Origin: an uncultured Acidimicrobiales bacterium
Lineage (GTDB): Bacteria > Actinomycetota > Acidimicrobiia > Acidimicrobiales > UBA10347
Length of the DNA: 64,000 bases
NCBI GenBank assembly: GCA_943788915.1
Contig: CALSSD010000006.1
Coordinates: forward strand, 124,001-188,000
Reading direction: 5' to 3'
The notes under the pieces: model-generated
What the model was told of the DNA's origin: nothing
Seen by the model: only the letters and a program-made list of their open reading frames with translations
Database searches by the model: none
Translations under genes and position numbers: made by a program
Shown: positions 18,717 to 30,091 of the stretch, piece after piece
Layout: every line of letters begins with the position of its first letter
How positions within the stretch are numbered: position 1 is the stretch's first letter

Positions 18717-19952
18717 ATGCATCAGATTCCGAAAGAATTTGATCCCGAGTTCATCAAGGCCAAGTCGTCATCGGACATGCAGATGTACCGGGCCGAAAGA
18801 ACATCTCGAGAGCCGATGAAATCGGTGCTGGAGAACAACCCCGAGATCTACATCGTGCCGCCTCAACGCAGTAGTACTTGGGGAAACTGGGAATTTCGTC
18901 CAGGCTCGTACTACGACACGACGACCGGATCGAAACACCCGTATTGGGCAGACGTGGACCTACCGCAGCCGACCAAAGACATTGCACGATTGCGGGCTGA
19001 CATCCTGCAGTGGGGGTATGGCCTGGTTGAAGATGCCTTGTCCCAGGAGCAGGTGGCACGCGTTCGAGATCGAGTGTTGGAGCAGGCAGAAGGGGAGCGG
19101 CTCGCTGGCATCGCACAGAAGACCCCCAGCGGCCAAAACATCAATTGCTGCGTCAACAAGGGCCGGTGTTTCGAACTGCTGATCGAGCAGCATCCATCGG
19201 TGATGCAGGCTGGTGCGCTGATCGAGCAACTGTTGGACGAGGCATTGGGCCCAGACTGGATCTGCGGGTCGCTGATCGCTGCCATGTCGCTCAAGGGTGG
19301 CGTGCCCCAAGCCTTACATCAGGACCAGGGCAACGGCTTCGAGGCTCGTAATCCATTGTTGGTAAATGTGCTCACGGCGGTCACCGACATGGACGAAACC
19401 AACGGCGGAACGCTGGTGATTCCGGGTAGTCACACGACGGTCTCGGATGCGTTTCGCCATGGCCAACCGGTTGGCAAGTTGCCTCCAGCAATCAACATCG
19501 AGGCCAAGGCCGGCACTGCGCTCGTCTACGACGGCCGCCTCCTTCACGGCACTGGTATCAATCACACCGACGAGCCGCGTATAGCCATGCTGAACGGCAT
19601 GCACAAGCCGTGGATGAAGCAGCAAGAAAACTGGATGTTGTCTGTTCGGCCCGAGGTGCTTCAACGTGCAAGCCCGAAGCTCCTGCACCGCATGGGTTAT
19701 CAGGCTTCGACCGGCTCGCAGACCAACGAGGGCCATGGATTCGGCGCACGAGGGATGGCAGGCGAGCCAGCGGGTGCACTCGCAGCGATTCGTCTAGCCG
19801 CAGACGAAGGACGTTATGTCCGTGTCGGTGAGCTCGGCCCGGATTCCAGCACAGAAGATCTCCATGCGGATTACACACTTCGAGAGGTGGTCCGGACTGC
19901 CCGTGAAGGTGCGGAAGAGAAGCCAAAACAGGCCTTCGATCAACGGAGCTAG
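18717..19952 (+). CDS. PhyH-family dioxygenase with N-terminal extension
   Basis: LHQDQ, NGGTLVIPGSH, LLHGTG.N and QQEN motifs. Confidence 0.85.
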   Translation: MHQIPKEFDPEFIKAKSSSDMQMYRAERTSREPMKSVLENNPEIYIVPPQRSSTWGNWEFRPGSYYDTTTGSKHPYWADVDLPQPTKDIARLRADILQWGYGLVEDALSQEQVARVRDRVLEQAEGERLAGIAQKTPSGQNINCCVNKGRCFELLIEQHPSVMQAGALIEQLLDEALGPDWICGSLIAAMSLKGGVPQALHQDQGNGFEARNPLLVNVLTAVTDMDETNGGTLVIPGSHTTVSDAFRHGQPVGKLPPAINIEAKAGTALVYDGRLLHGTGINHTDEPRIAMLNGMHKPWMKQQENWMLSVRPEVLQRASPKLLHRMGYQASTGSQTNEGHGFGARGMAGEPAGALAAIRLAADEGRYVRVGELGPDSSTEDLHADYTLREVVRTAREGAEEKPKQAFDQRS

Positions 19953-20017
19953 TCAAGGCAGCTTGGCGCTGGCCCCAGGCTGCGTTGGCTGGAAGACGTG
20001 CGGTCTACGCTGTGGCC

Positions 20018-20956
20018 ATGCATGTGACCGTTGTAGGGGCAGGGGTTTCTGGATTGACGACTGCGGCCGCGCTCGTCGAGGCCGGGTGGTCGGTCGACAT
20101 CGTCGCCCGGGAACGACATCCCGACACTGTTTCGGTGGTCGCCGCCGCAATCTGGACCACGACGACAGCGGAGCCCCAGGTGCGGGTTCGCCAATGGGCG
20201 CTTACAACCCGCGAACGTTTTGCCACAATCGCTGCTGACTCGAGCAGCGGCATCGCCCCACTCATGCAACGTGAGTTCGAGCGGGTTGATCCCGGACCGC
20301 TGTGGTGGGAATCCACGCCGTTTGTTCGCCGCCTCGGCGACCATGAATTACCTCCCGAATACGCTGCAGGTTTCGAGATCGACGGCTTCATCGTCGAGCC
20401 ACCGATATACCTCGATTGGTTGACCAGTCGCCTTGTCGACCAGGGCGTAACTATTACCACCAACGCGGTCACGTCGCTTGAAGATCTGGAGGCCGACGTG
20501 ATCGTCAACTGCGCAGGATTGGCAGCCCGCGATCTTGTTGGCGATGACACCATGTTCCCGATCCGCGGTCAGGTGGTGGCGGTCGCTAACCCAGGTATCA
20601 ATGAAGGCGTGTCGGACGAGAGTGATGCCGACCGGGTTGCGTACATATATCCGCGGAGCAACGAGGTCATCCTGGGCGGCGCACGCCAAATCGGCAACGA
20701 ACAGATGGTGCCAGACGACGACCTCACCGCTCGCATCCTGTCTGACGGAGCACGGCTTGATCCGCGCGTCTCTGACGTCGAAGTCCTGGATGTCCGGGTT
20801 GGCTTGCGGCCAGGCCGACCTGAAGTTCGTGTCGAGGCAGGTGTGCTGGGTGACGGCCGGCCGGTTGTGCACAACTACGGCCATAGCGGCGCAGGTTTTC
20901 TGCTCTCGTGGGGCTGCGCACTCGACGTGGTCGACCTCGTCACCGCTGCGATCTAG
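20018..20956 (+). CDS. D-amino acid oxidase
   Basis: VVGAGVSG, VNCAG, PIRGQ, VGLRPGR and HNYGHSGAG..SWG motifs. TACGCT -10 box before the ATG. Confidence 0.9.
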   Translation: MHVTVVGAGVSGLTTAAALVEAGWSVDIVARERHPDTVSVVAAAIWTTTTAEPQVRVRQWALTTRERFATIAADSSSGIAPLMQREFERVDPGPLWWESTPFVRRLGDHELPPEYAAGFEIDGFIVEPPIYLDWLTSRLVDQGVTITTNAVTSLEDLEADVIVNCAGLAARDLVGDDTMFPIRGQVVAVANPGINEGVSDESDADRVAYIYPRSNEVILGGARQIGNEQMVPDDDLTARILSDGARLDPRVSDVEVLDVRVGLRPGRPEVRVEAGVLGDGRPVVHNYGHSGAGFLLSWGCALDVVDLVTAAI

Positions 20957-21046
20957 TACGGCACGTTGCCGAGGGACTGACGCCTCCAACGTCGTGAGAT
21001 CGAACGAGCTCTTCGGGCGAGATGAGAACCGGCTAGAACTAGGTCC

Positions 21047-21967
21047 ATGAAACTTGGTGTGAACCTGATCAACTTCGGACCCGGTGCGTCGCCGGACTCG
21101 CTCGAGGGCTGGGTCGACATGGCACAGGGCCTCGGTTATCACGGGTTGCTGACGTCGGACCACGTGACGATTACCCATGATGTGAGCGAGCGATACCCGG
21201 CGCCGTTTTATGAGCCGCTATCGATGCTGGGATGGCTGGCGGCGAAGACGTCGGACATGATGATCGGCACCACGGTCAGTGTGCTGCCGTATCGGAGCCC
21301 GCTGGAGACAGCCCGGGCGTTCGCCAATATTGACCAGCTCAGTCGTGGGCGATGCATTCTTGGTGTCGGTTCAGGCTGGGCCGCAGAGGAGTTCCGCATC
21401 CTGGGCGTGCCGTTCGAACACCGAGGCGCAATGACGACCGAATACTTGCAGGCAATCAAGGCATTGTGGGCCGATGACGTCGCGAGCTTCCACGGTGAGT
21501 TTGTGTCGTTCGACGACGTACACACCACGCCTCGGCCGGTGCAGACCCCGCATCCACCGATCTGGGTTGGCGGCAACAGCACTCCGTCGATGCGTCGCGC
21601 AATCCAGCACGGCACGGCGTGGCACCCGATTCGTCCCACTATGCCCGACTTCACTGGAACCATGCTCCCAGCCTTTGTTGAGCTTGCCGAGCGGCTTGAG
21701 CTGTCGATGCCCGACGTGTGTCCGCGGATCCGGCTACGAGTCACCGATGCTCCTCGTCCCGATGACCTGCGTCTTGCCGGCGAGGGGACGCTCGACCAGA
21801 TCCGCGACGACCTGGCCACATTCGAGGAACTCGGTTGCACCTGGATTCTGCTCGACACCTATCACGACTATCTCGTCGACGAACTGCGCGACTCGCAGCA
21901 GGCGTGGGACATGTTTGAGGCAGTAGCCACCGACGTCTTCGATCTCCCTGGTGAATCGCTGCGTTGA
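21047..21967 (+). CDS. LLM-class (probably F420-dependent) oxidoreductase
   Basis: SDH, DQLSRGR..LGVGSGW..EF and PVQTPHPPIWVGG motifs. Confidence 0.9.
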   Translation: MKLGVNLINFGPGASPDSLEGWVDMAQGLGYHGLLTSDHVTITHDVSERYPAPFYEPLSMLGWLAAKTSDMMIGTTVSVLPYRSPLETARAFANIDQLSRGRCILGVGSGWAAEEFRILGVPFEHRGAMTTEYLQAIKALWADDVASFHGEFVSFDDVHTTPRPVQTPHPPIWVGGNSTPSMRRAIQHGTAWHPIRPTMPDFTGTMLPAFVELAERLELSMPDVCPRIRLRVTDAPRPDDLRLAGEGTLDQIRDDLATFEELGCTWILLDTYHDYLVDELRDSQQAWDMFEAVATDVFDLPGESLR

Positions 21968-22096
21968 GCCCACGAAGCTGTACCACGATGCTTCCAACGG
22001 TCCGTCGACCTAGACCCCGCATGCAAGGTTGAGAGGTCGCTCATCAGGTCCACGTTGCGTTGGACCGTGCTTCGGCTGGTGACTAGCGTCCGGTGG

Positions 22097-22948
22097 GTGA
22101 AGAACTTCAAGGGATGCACCGCTGTAATCACCGGAGGAGCATCGGGCATAGGCCTGGCCGTCGCTCGTCGTCTGGGCGAGGAGGGTGCCAACATCGTCAT
22201 CGGTGATATCGAGGCCGAAGCGCTCGATCGAGCAGCCATAGCGCTCGACAATGCTGGCATTCCCGTCGAGGCCGTCGTTACCGACGTAGCCCAACGCGAC
22301 CAGATCGCGACTCTCGCCGATGCTGCCACCGCTCGTTTCAGCGACATCCATTTTCTGCATAACAATGCAGGTGTCACTACCGCCGGGTTGGCCGAGGAAC
22401 TCAGCGACACCCAGTGGGATTGGGTGATGGATGTGAATTTGAACTCGGTGATCTGGGGCTGTCGAGAGTTCCTACCCCGCATGAAGGCTCATGGCCAGCC
22501 GGCCCACATTGTGAACACTGCGTCGATGGCCGGTATGTCTGGTGGCCCCATGATGGCTCCGTACTTCGCATCGAAGTTCGGCGTTGTCGGCCTGAGCGAA
22601 GGTCTTTGGCACGAAGCCAAGGTCAGTCGATCGAATGTCGGCGTTTCTGTTTTGTGCCCGGCGTTCGTCCGCACAGGTATAGCTCGATCGGATCGTAACC
22701 AGCCTGACGGGATGGGAGGTTGGGTCCTCGAAGGATCAGACCAGGCATCTCGTTTCGGCGAGTTCCTGACTGCTGGTGTCGACAGCGGTATCGAACCAGC
22801 AGAGGTCGCAGACAAGGTGCTCGAGGCCGTTGTCAACGAACAGCTGTGGATCCTGACCCATCCTGAGTCTGGTCAGTCGGTAATGAACCGCGCCGAGGCC
22901 ATTGCTGGTTCTGGGATTCCACAACGAGTGCGGCGTATGGGCGAATAG
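22097..22948 (+). CDS. Short-chain dehydrogenase/reductase
   Basis: TGGASGIG, NNAG, NTAS and YFASK motifs. Confidence 0.92.
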   Translation: MKNFKGCTAVITGGASGIGLAVARRLGEEGANIVIGDIEAEALDRAAIALDNAGIPVEAVVTDVAQRDQIATLADAATARFSDIHFLHNNAGVTTAGLAEELSDTQWDWVMDVNLNSVIWGCREFLPRMKAHGQPAHIVNTASMAGMSGGPMMAPYFASKFGVVGLSEGLWHEAKVSRSNVGVSVLCPAFVRTGIARSDRNQPDGMGGWVLEGSDQASRFGEFLTAGVDSGIEPAEVADKVLEAVVNEQLWILTHPESGQSVMNRAEAIAGSGIPQRVRRMGE

Positions 22949-22955
22949 GCCGCGC

Positions 22956-25568
22956 TTAAGACGACGTCGGCTCTTTTGCGAGTCGGGCGATCGCATTGGC
23001 GATCTCAGCCCGGGCATTGTTGGCAGAGATGATCATGTCGACACCGCTGACCGAGGTATGCATCTGGCCGCGCAGCGGCAAATGTTGCACGTCGACACCG
23101 GCGTCAGCAAGGGCTGTCGCGTAGGCGTCCCCTTCGTCGCGTAACGGATCGAACTGCGCGGTGACCACCAGAGCCGGCGGTAACCCAGCAAGATTGCCGT
23201 TGATCGGCGAGGCACGAAAGTCGTTGCGGTCCTCAAGGTCACAATAATGGTCCCAGAACCACGTCATCAGGCCTTCGGTCAGGACATACCCATTGGCGTT
23301 CTCGTGGAACGACGGCCGTGAGAAGTCTGCATCAGTGACCGGGTTGATCAACACCTGGCCGGCGATCGAAGGGCCACCTGCGTCTCGGGCCAGGTGGCAC
23401 ACCACCGCAGCCACGTTTGCCCCGGCGCTCCAACCGGCGACCACCACAGGATCAGGTCGACCACCAAGAGATTCCAGATGTTCAGAAACCCATTGCACCG
23501 CTGCGTACCCATCCTCGACGGGCGCCGGGAACCGAGCTTCGGGCGCGTGGCGGTAGTCGCACGAGACCACAATCGAGTCTGACTGCACACACAGGTCGCG
23601 ACACAACGGATCGTCGCTGTCGGCGCCTCCGAGAACCCAACCGCCGCCATGGAAGTAGACAACCACCGGATGAGGTCCCGGTGTTGCCGGCCGATACAGC
23701 CGGTACGCCAGCTCGCCGCCTGCTCCAGGGAAGGTTCCATCGATGATTTCGCCAACGTCAGGGCCTGGCGGTCGCTGTTCTGCCGATGCTGCCATGAAAC
23801 CACGGGCCTCGTCTGGACTCATCGACTCGATTGGGGGCAGACCCATCTCGTCCATCATGGAGAGGATCATCGAGACATCGGGCTGGGCTTGAGCGATCAC
23901 ACCATCGTTGCACTGTGAAGCGTCTGAGCCGGACAGGCTGAAACCCAGATATCCCTGGTCACGGACCGCGTCGCAGAGTTGTCTGTACGTGCCGACGCCG
24001 CCGACGTACGGCAAGAAGACTCGGGGTTTACCCGGAACGTTGGCCCCCATATACCACGAGTTGGCCTTGGCGAACAGCGTGATATCGGCGCAATCGTTGT
24101 TGTGTTGTTGCCAGCCAGCCTGCGCCATTTCGGTGGGTTCGATCGCATAGAAACCGTGTGTGCGCATGTCGTCGATGCAGTCGGTGATCCATTCGACATG
24201 TTGCTCAATCGACACCGCCATGTTCGACAGCACCGACGGGCTCTGGGGGCCAGTCACTGCAAAGAAGTTGGGGAAGTCGGTCACGGTAAGACCGAGATAG
24301 GTGGCGGGGCCATCCGCCCATTTCTCCTTCAGTGTCATGCCATTGCGGCCGGTGATATCGAATGCCACCAGCGCTCCGGTCATCGCATCGAACCCGGTTG
24401 CCATCACCAGGGCATCGAACTCGAAGCTGCGATCAGCGGTGTCGATACCCGACTCGGTGATCGTGGTTATGGGTTCGGCCCGCAAGTCGACCAGCGTGAC
24501 GTGCGGCAAGTTGTAGGTCGCGTAGTAGTTGTCGTCGAGACAGAGTCGTTTGGTACCAATGGGATGATCCGTGGGGCACAACGTTTCGGCCGTATCGGGA
24601 TCGTCGACAATCGACCGGATCTTCTCATGGACGAATTCCACGACCAGGTCGTTGGATTCCTGATTGATCGGTAAGTCGTTGAACACGCTGAGGAAACCGA
24701 TCAGGTCCCCTTCATCCCACCCTGCATCGAGACGTGACCGGCGTTCTTCAGCGGACACGGTGCGTGCCCCATCCATCGTGACCTCAACCGGGACACCACC
24801 CTGTGACAGCCTGGCCTCTTGGCGGTAGTCGGGATACCGACTCTTGATATCAGCGATTCGTTCGGGCGGAACCGGCCCATGGCCAGCGGGTACCGAGAAG
24901 TTGGGGGTGCGCTGGAACACAACCAACTCCGCAGCCTGTTCGGCGATGACCGGGATCGATTGGATTGCCGATGAACCGGTGCCGACAAGTCCGACACGCA
25001 TGCCAGAAAAATCGACCCCTTCGTGAGGCCAGCGGCTATTAAAATAAGTCGGGCTTTGAAACTGGTCGGCACCTTCGATATCAAGTTCTTTGGGCATAGA
25101 CAGGCAACCCGTGGCCATGACATACCAGCGGGCACTGATATCGGTGCCCGCATCGGTGCTGACCTGCCAGGTCGCGGTGGTGTCGTCCCATACAGCACCT
25201 GTTACCCGGGTCTCAAACCTGATGTCGCGCCGCAGGTCGAACCGGTCGGCAACATGCTGGAAGTAGCTCAGGATCTCGGGCTGGGTCGCGTACTTCTGGC
25301 TCCACTCCCACTCTTGTTGCAGGTCATTATCGAAGCTGTAGCTGTAGTCGACACTTTGGATGTCGCACCGGGCCCCGGGATACCGATTCCAGTACCAGGT
25401 GCCACCGACGTCGTCGGCTGCCTCGAGTACCACCGTGTTAAAACCCATGCCTCGCAGTCGATATAACAGGTACAGCCCTGCCATACCTGCGCCGACCACG
25501 ACTACATCGAAGTCAGGCTCCAGCGCCGCTGCTTCGAGGCCATTCGTACCAGTTTCTGTCACGCTCAT
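22956..25568 (-). CDS. Baeyer-Villiger monooxygenase fused to an HSL-family alpha/beta hydrolase
   Basis: N-terminal part: [33 protein letters not shown]-terminal part: HGGGW, GWSAG, DPLRDEG and His. Confidence 0.92.
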   Translation of the reverse strand: MSVTETGTNGLEAAALEPDFDVVVVGAGMAGLYLLYRLRGMGFNTVVLEAADDVGGTWYWNRYPGARCDIQSVDYSYSFDNDLQQEWEWSQKYATQPEILSYFQHVADRFDLRRDIRFETRVTGAVWDDTTATWQVSTDAGTDISARWYVMATGCLSMPKELDIEGADQFQSPTYFNSRWPHEGVDFSGMRVGLVGTGSSAIQSIPVIAEQAAELVVFQRTPNFSVPAGHGPVPPERIADIKSRYPDYRQEARLSQGGVPVEVTMDGARTVSAEERRSRLDAGWDEGDLIGFLSVFNDLPINQESNDLVVEFVHEKIRSIVDDPDTAETLCPTDHPIGTKRLCLDDNYYATYNLPHVTLVDLRAEPITTITESGIDTADRSFEFDALVMATGFDAMTGALVAFDITGRNGMTLKEKWADGPATYLGLTVTDFPNFFAVTGPQSPSVLSNMAVSIEQHVEWITDCIDDMRTHGFYAIEPTEMAQAGWQQHNNDCADITLFAKANSWYMGANVPGKPRVFLPYVGGVGTYRQLCDAVRDQGYLGFSLSGSDASQCNDGVIAQAQPDVSMILSMMDEMGLPPIESMSPDEARGFMAASAEQRPPGPDVGEIIDGTFPGAGGELAYRLYRPATPGPHPVVVYFHGGGWVLGGADSDDPLCRDLCVQSDSIVVSCDYRHAPEARFPAPVEDGYAAVQWVSEHLESLGGRPDPVVVAGWSAGANVAAVVCHLARDAGGPSIAGQVLINPVTDADFSRPSFHENANGYVLTEGLMTWFWDHYCDLEDRNDFRASPINGNLAGLPPALVVTAQFDPLRDEGDAYATALADAGVDVQHLPLRGQMHTSVSGVDMIISANNARAEIANAIARLAKEPTSS

Positions 25569-25743
25569 ATCGTCCCCCAACGTTGTGCGAATCCTTTTAC
25601 GGTGTCACAAACAGCCCGGCGACACAATCCAGACCGGGTGACCGGGCCGAGAGATGTGGTCGAAAACGGCCATAGTGTTGTTGGCCCGTTCGGTTGCCGG
25701 TAAGCAGGTAACTACTCGGCAACCGATTGGACCCAAGCCTGCC

Positions 25744-26667
25744 ATGGCACATCACGATCTCGACACATCGACTCTGCACCAGACCTGGGACAACGCAATC
25801 GAGCCGCGGCTACGAATCCGCTCCGGTGACACGGTTACGTTTCAGACGATGGACGCGAGCAACGGGTTCTACGACCCAGCTCTTGGACGGGCTGTTGACG
25901 ATGCACCCCCGTTTGCTGGCCATCCGCTTACGGGCCCGGTCTGGATCGAAGGAGCCGAAGTAGGCGACACCCTCGAGGTCGAAGTGGTCGAGATTTTGAC
26001 CGGAGACTGGGGCTACACCGCATTCTCACCCGGCCGGGGTTTGCTCCCAGACGACTTCGACACGCCGCATCTCCATCGTTGGGATCTGCGCTCTGATCCT
26101 GCGGAATTCCTCCCTGGAATCTCCATTCCACAGGAACCCTTTCTGGGCGTTATGGGAGTCGGCCTAGCCGAGAGCGGACCTCACAACACCGCACCGCCTC
26201 GCCGCAACGGTGGCAACGTGGACATCAAACAGCTGACAGCTGGAGCGACCCTGTGGCTGCCGATTCTGGTCGACGGCGCACTCTTTTCCTGCGGGGATGG
26301 CCACGCCGCTCAAGGCGACGGCGAGGTATGCATCACCGCCATCGAGACGCCGACAACGAGCACGCTGCGATTCACGCTCCACAAGGGAGGGGCCCCAGCC
26401 GAGCTGCAATTCAGAATCCCCGGGCCGATCAACGCTCGGACCAATGCAGCAGGATGGTTTGCTACCACGGCGCACGGGCCCGACCTGCACGCATCGAGCC
26501 AGATGGCGATCCGGTACATGATCGAACATCTCGTGCAGAACCATGGACTTCGGCCCGAGGATGCCTACATCCTTTGTTCGGTTGTTGTGGATCTACGCAT
26601 CAGCGAAATCGTCGATGCACCGAACTGGATCGTCTCCGCGTTCCTCCCGAACGCCATCTTCACGTAG
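25744..26667 (+). CDS. Acetamidase/formamidase family protein
   Basis: HPLTGP, PFLGVMG, GGNVD and GDGHAAQGDGEVC motifs. Confidence 0.92.
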   Translation: MAHHDLDTSTLHQTWDNAIEPRLRIRSGDTVTFQTMDASNGFYDPALGRAVDDAPPFAGHPLTGPVWIEGAEVGDTLEVEVVEILTGDWGYTAFSPGRGLLPDDFDTPHLHRWDLRSDPAEFLPGISIPQEPFLGVMGVGLAESGPHNTAPPRRNGGNVDIKQLTAGATLWLPILVDGALFSCGDGHAAQGDGEVCITAIETPTTSTLRFTLHKGGAPAELQFRIPGPINARTNAAGWFATTAHGPDLHASSQMAIRYMIEHLVQNHGLRPEDAYILCSVVVDLRISEIVDAPNWIVSAFLPNAIFT

Positions 26668-26723
26668 CCAAACGGTGGCGAAGGGCAGCTGTGCGCCGAG
26701 AGCCGCTGAGCTAGGTTGCGAGC

Positions 26724-28070
26724 ATGGCCGACCACCTGATTCTGAACGGGTTCATCCAATGCTCCCCGAATCATCAAATCAAGGGCATGTGGAAACACCC
26801 GCTCGATGAAACCTCGCTCGGCTACCGGGATCTGAAGTGGTGGATTCGACTGGCAGAGCTACTCGAGCGAGGTTGCCTCGATGCATTGTTCTTTGCTGAT
26901 GTCCACGGCACCTACGACACCTACGGCGGAAATCGGGATGCGGCAGTGCGTCATGCGGTCCAGTTCCCTGGCATCGACCCGACCGTGCTCATCTCTGCTT
27001 TGGCCGCTGCTACGGAACACCTGGGGTTCGGTGTTACCTACTCGACGACATACTTCCCGCCGTTTCAGGCAGCCAAGCTATTTTCGACGCTCGATCACCT
27101 GACAAACGGGCGCATCGCCTGGAACGTCGTCAACTCATACCTACCTGATGCTCAGCGCCAAGGGCTGGGTCTCCAGCTTGCACACGACGAGCGCTACGAC
27201 CGGGCCGACGAGTACCTCGACGTGTGTTACAAGCTGTGGGAGCAGTCGTGGGACGACGGTGCCATCGTGCTCGACGCCGCGAACGATGTGCACACAGACC
27301 CGAGCAAGGTCCATGAGATTGATCATCACGGGCGATGGTTCGATGTACAAGGTCCACACATGGTTGAGCCATCTCCACAACGGACGCCTGTCATCTTCCA
27401 GGCCGGATCATCGGCGCGCGGTATGCAATTCGCGTCCCGCCATGGCGAAGCGGTCTTCGTCGCCGCTCCCCAGGGGCCCGCTGGCGCGGAGTTGGTCACT
27501 CAGCTGCGCGAGACTGCTGCCGAGGCTGGACGCGACCCCGCGAGTATGAAGATCATCCACGCGACGCGTTTGATCGTTGCCGAGACCGATGAGCAAGCCC
27601 ATGCAATGAAAGCCGAGTGGGACCGCAACTTCAGCGTCGAAGGATTTCTCGCATTGTTCGGCGGTTGGACCGGCATCGACCTGGGCGGGCATTCAGCCGA
27701 CACACCCATCGCTTCGATTCCAGCGACAGCGATGCGGACCTGGGTCGAGCGCTGGCAGCGCGAGGATCCAGACCACGAGTGGACCGTGGGTGACCTCGCC
27801 CGTCGACTGGCAGAGGGTGGCGCTGGTACTGCATTTGTGGGATCCGCTACGACTGTCGCCGATCAACTCGAGGAGTTCGCCGACACCACTGGACTAGATG
27901 GATTCAACCTCATCACCTCGCCGGTGCCATGGGGACTCGAACAGGTTGTTGATCATCTCGTGCCAGAGCTCCAACGCCGAGGCCGGCTTCGCACCGCCTA
28001 CACCCCCGATGAGACATTACGAGAGCGATGGTTTGGCCCAGGGGCTCGCCATCCTTGTTCGCAAAACTGA
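26724..28070 (+). CDS. NtaA/DmoA/DszA-family FMN-dependent monooxygenase
   Basis: FFAD, LDHLTNGRIAWNVV, HDERY, PSPQRTPVIFQAGSS and VPELQRRG motifs. Confidence 0.92.
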   Translation: MADHLILNGFIQCSPNHQIKGMWKHPLDETSLGYRDLKWWIRLAELLERGCLDALFFADVHGTYDTYGGNRDAAVRHAVQFPGIDPTVLISALAAATEHLGFGVTYSTTYFPPFQAAKLFSTLDHLTNGRIAWNVVNSYLPDAQRQGLGLQLAHDERYDRADEYLDVCYKLWEQSWDDGAIVLDAANDVHTDPSKVHEIDHHGRWFDVQGPHMVEPSPQRTPVIFQAGSSARGMQFASRHGEAVFVAAPQGPAGAELVTQLRETAAEAGRDPASMKIIHATRLIVAETDEQAHAMKAEWDRNFSVEGFLALFGGWTGIDLGGHSADTPIASIPATAMRTWVERWQREDPDHEWTVGDLARRLAEGGAGTAFVGSATTVADQLEEFADTTGLDGFNLITSPVPWGLEQVVDHLVPELQRRGRLRTAYTPDETLRERWFGPGARHPCSQN

Positions 28071-28339
28071 TCCCAAACGAGTGGGTGCCTGAAACTGGGC
28101 TGGCCTACGTTGTTCGCGAGCGCTGATAACAACGGGTGTTAAAGCCGCTGATACAGCGTTTCTCATAACACTGCAGGGACACCTCAACATGGGTGCGCTC
28201 TGCGTGACGACAGCGGTCGAACCGTGGCTTCGTGTCGACGACCGAAGTCGCCTAGGCAAGTTGCACTGACGGGCGTTTCGTCTTTCAAGTGCTCGTCACT
28301 GACTTGAGTCGGGGACGAGGTATACGTCATGATGCATCG

Positions 28340-28819
28340 GTGACTGATGCTCTGATTCGCGCCGCCCAACGACCGTCGAAACACATCGACGACAGTTCCA
28401 TTACCTGGCGCCCGTTTTCTGGTTATGACGGCCTGTACTTCTGGGTCCTTGGCGTGAATGAGATCCGTCAGCAAGTCGACCTGTACTTTCGCCTTGCTCC
28501 TGGCGCCCGCTGCCCATCACATCGTCATGTCGGCCCGACCGACACGCTGGTGGTCGAGGGCGAACATCGAACCTGGGCAAGACACGATGGTGAATGGCAG
28601 CTCGACGAGGTGCGGCCGGCTGGCTTCTTCGGGGCCAACGAGGGTGACCACCTGCACTCCGAAGAAGGCGGCAGCGAAGGCGCCATTTTGCTGCTATCGA
28701 TGTTGGCGGTCGACGGCGTCATTTGGGAGACCTTCGACGAGGACCAGAAGTTGGTCGACACCGCTCTGCTCGCTGACTTCAAACGAGTTCTCGAACGGCA
28801 GCCGACTGCGCCCTTGTAG
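28340..28819 (+). CDS. Cupin-like protein
   Basis: HRH...LVVEGEH...HLHSE cupin metal motifs. Confidence 0.7.
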   Translation: MTDALIRAAQRPSKHIDDSSITWRPFSGYDGLYFWVLGVNEIRQQVDLYFRLAPGARCPSHRHVGPTDTLVVEGEHRTWARHDGEWQLDEVRPAGFFGANEGDHLHSEEGGSEGAILLLSMLAVDGVIWETFDEDQKLVDTALLADFKRVLERQPTAPL

Positions 28820-28825
28820 TCCCGG

Positions 28826-29980
28826 TTAGACAACAATTCTGCCAGCAAGGGCGTCGTCGATGGCTTTCTGCCCGAAGTGGAGTCCACATTCGAACTTGCC
28901 AAATACGAAGTGGTCGTTTGCGCCGGCTTCGAAGCCCTTCTGGATGCCCTCGCCAATGGTGAAGTCTTCGTCGAAGACGACCCGGACCACGTCGTGGTTC
29001 TTCTCCCAGTAACGCTCGACCTTCTCGTTGGCTGGTGCTTCTGGGATGAGCATCATGCAATGAAACGCACACGTCCCTGGGCCAGTGGGGAAGATCGTGT
29101 GCACGTAGACGTGGTCGGTCATCACCTGCACGAAGTTGGCCGGGAACAGATAGTTCTGGGTCATGAAGTTGGGTCGATACTCCCACTGATCTTCAGGCTG
29201 GTCCCGAAGCTCGAGTACCTGCGGCAGTGGCACTGAGTGACGTACATGTGGTTCGTAGTTCAGGAACAGGCTCTGGTTGTCGAGATAGTTCGAACACGCC
29301 GTGTCCCGATGGGCCGAGCAGAAGTGATACGACTCCTGGAATCCCTCGAGCGCAAGCCGCCAGCTCATGTTCTTGTGCAGCGCCCACTTCCGGAAAACCA
29401 CATGGCTTCCCAGATCAAGTCCAGCGAGTTGTTCTTCCATCGGGGCCAGCCACGCGTCTACGTCGATCGGCTCATCTTGGGGTGAGGGAACAACCCAGAT
29501 GAGCCCGAAACGTTCGAATGCTGGGAGTTCAACCAGGCCATGGTCCGACCGGTCAACGGTGTCGAAGCCGACGGGCTGGGGCATACCCCGCAGGTTGCCG
29601 TCGAGTCCGTAGGTCCAGGAGTGATACGGGCACGTAAATCGGCGAGCATGCCCGCACGGTTCGTCCTCGACTCGTGCACCCCGATGTCGGCAGACGTTGA
29701 GGAATGCCTTGACGTCACCGTCGTCAGCTCGGGTGACCAGGAGCGGCACGCCGGTGTCGTCGTGGGTCAGGAAATCGCCCACTGCGGCCAGCTCAGAGTT
29801 ATGGGCGATGACAATGGGGAAGTTCCGGAACAAGATGTCGATCTCTTGCTTGAGCTGATCCGGGTCGGTGTACTTGTTGACCGGGTTGTCCATGACCTCC
29901 GGCAGCATGTGCGTGAGGTCTTGATCATTCTGATCGAGGATCCTGCTGATGATGTCGCGCTCTTCCGCACTGATTGGCAT
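28826..29980 (-). CDS. Rieske non-heme iron oxygenase alpha subunit
   Basis: CRHRG..CPYHSWTY Rieske motif and ESYH...H...ED mononuclear iron site. Confidence 0.92.
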   Translation of the reverse strand: MPISAEERDIISRILDQNDQDLTHMLPEVMDNPVNKYTDPDQLKQEIDILFRNFPIVIAHNSELAAVGDFLTHDDTGVPLLVTRADDGDVKAFLNVCRHRGARVEDEPCGHARRFTCPYHSWTYGLDGNLRGMPQPVGFDTVDRSDHGLVELPAFERFGLIWVVPSPQDEPIDVDAWLAPMEEQLAGLDLGSHVVFRKWALHKNMSWRLALEGFQESYHFCSAHRDTACSNYLDNQSLFLNYEPHVRHSVPLPQVLELRDQPEDQWEYRPNFMTQNYLFPANFVQVMTDHVYVHTIFPTGPGTCAFHCMMLIPEAPANEKVERYWEKNHDVVRVVFDEDFTIGEGIQKGFEAGANDHFVFGKFECGLHFGQKAIDDALAGRIVV

Positions 29981-30091
29981 GGCTGCAACCGTAGCGCCCG
30001 TGTCGATCGCTAGGTGAAGCGCCCGTCGTGGCAGCGTGAATTGATGGATCGAGTTGGCAGGACGGAGTGACGGCTCAGTCTGCAGCGGCGA

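Noticed and set aside
28084..28183. TPP or cobalamin riboswitch
   Set aside because: It begins GGGTGCC..GGGCTG but lacks the CTGAGA and other conserved cores.
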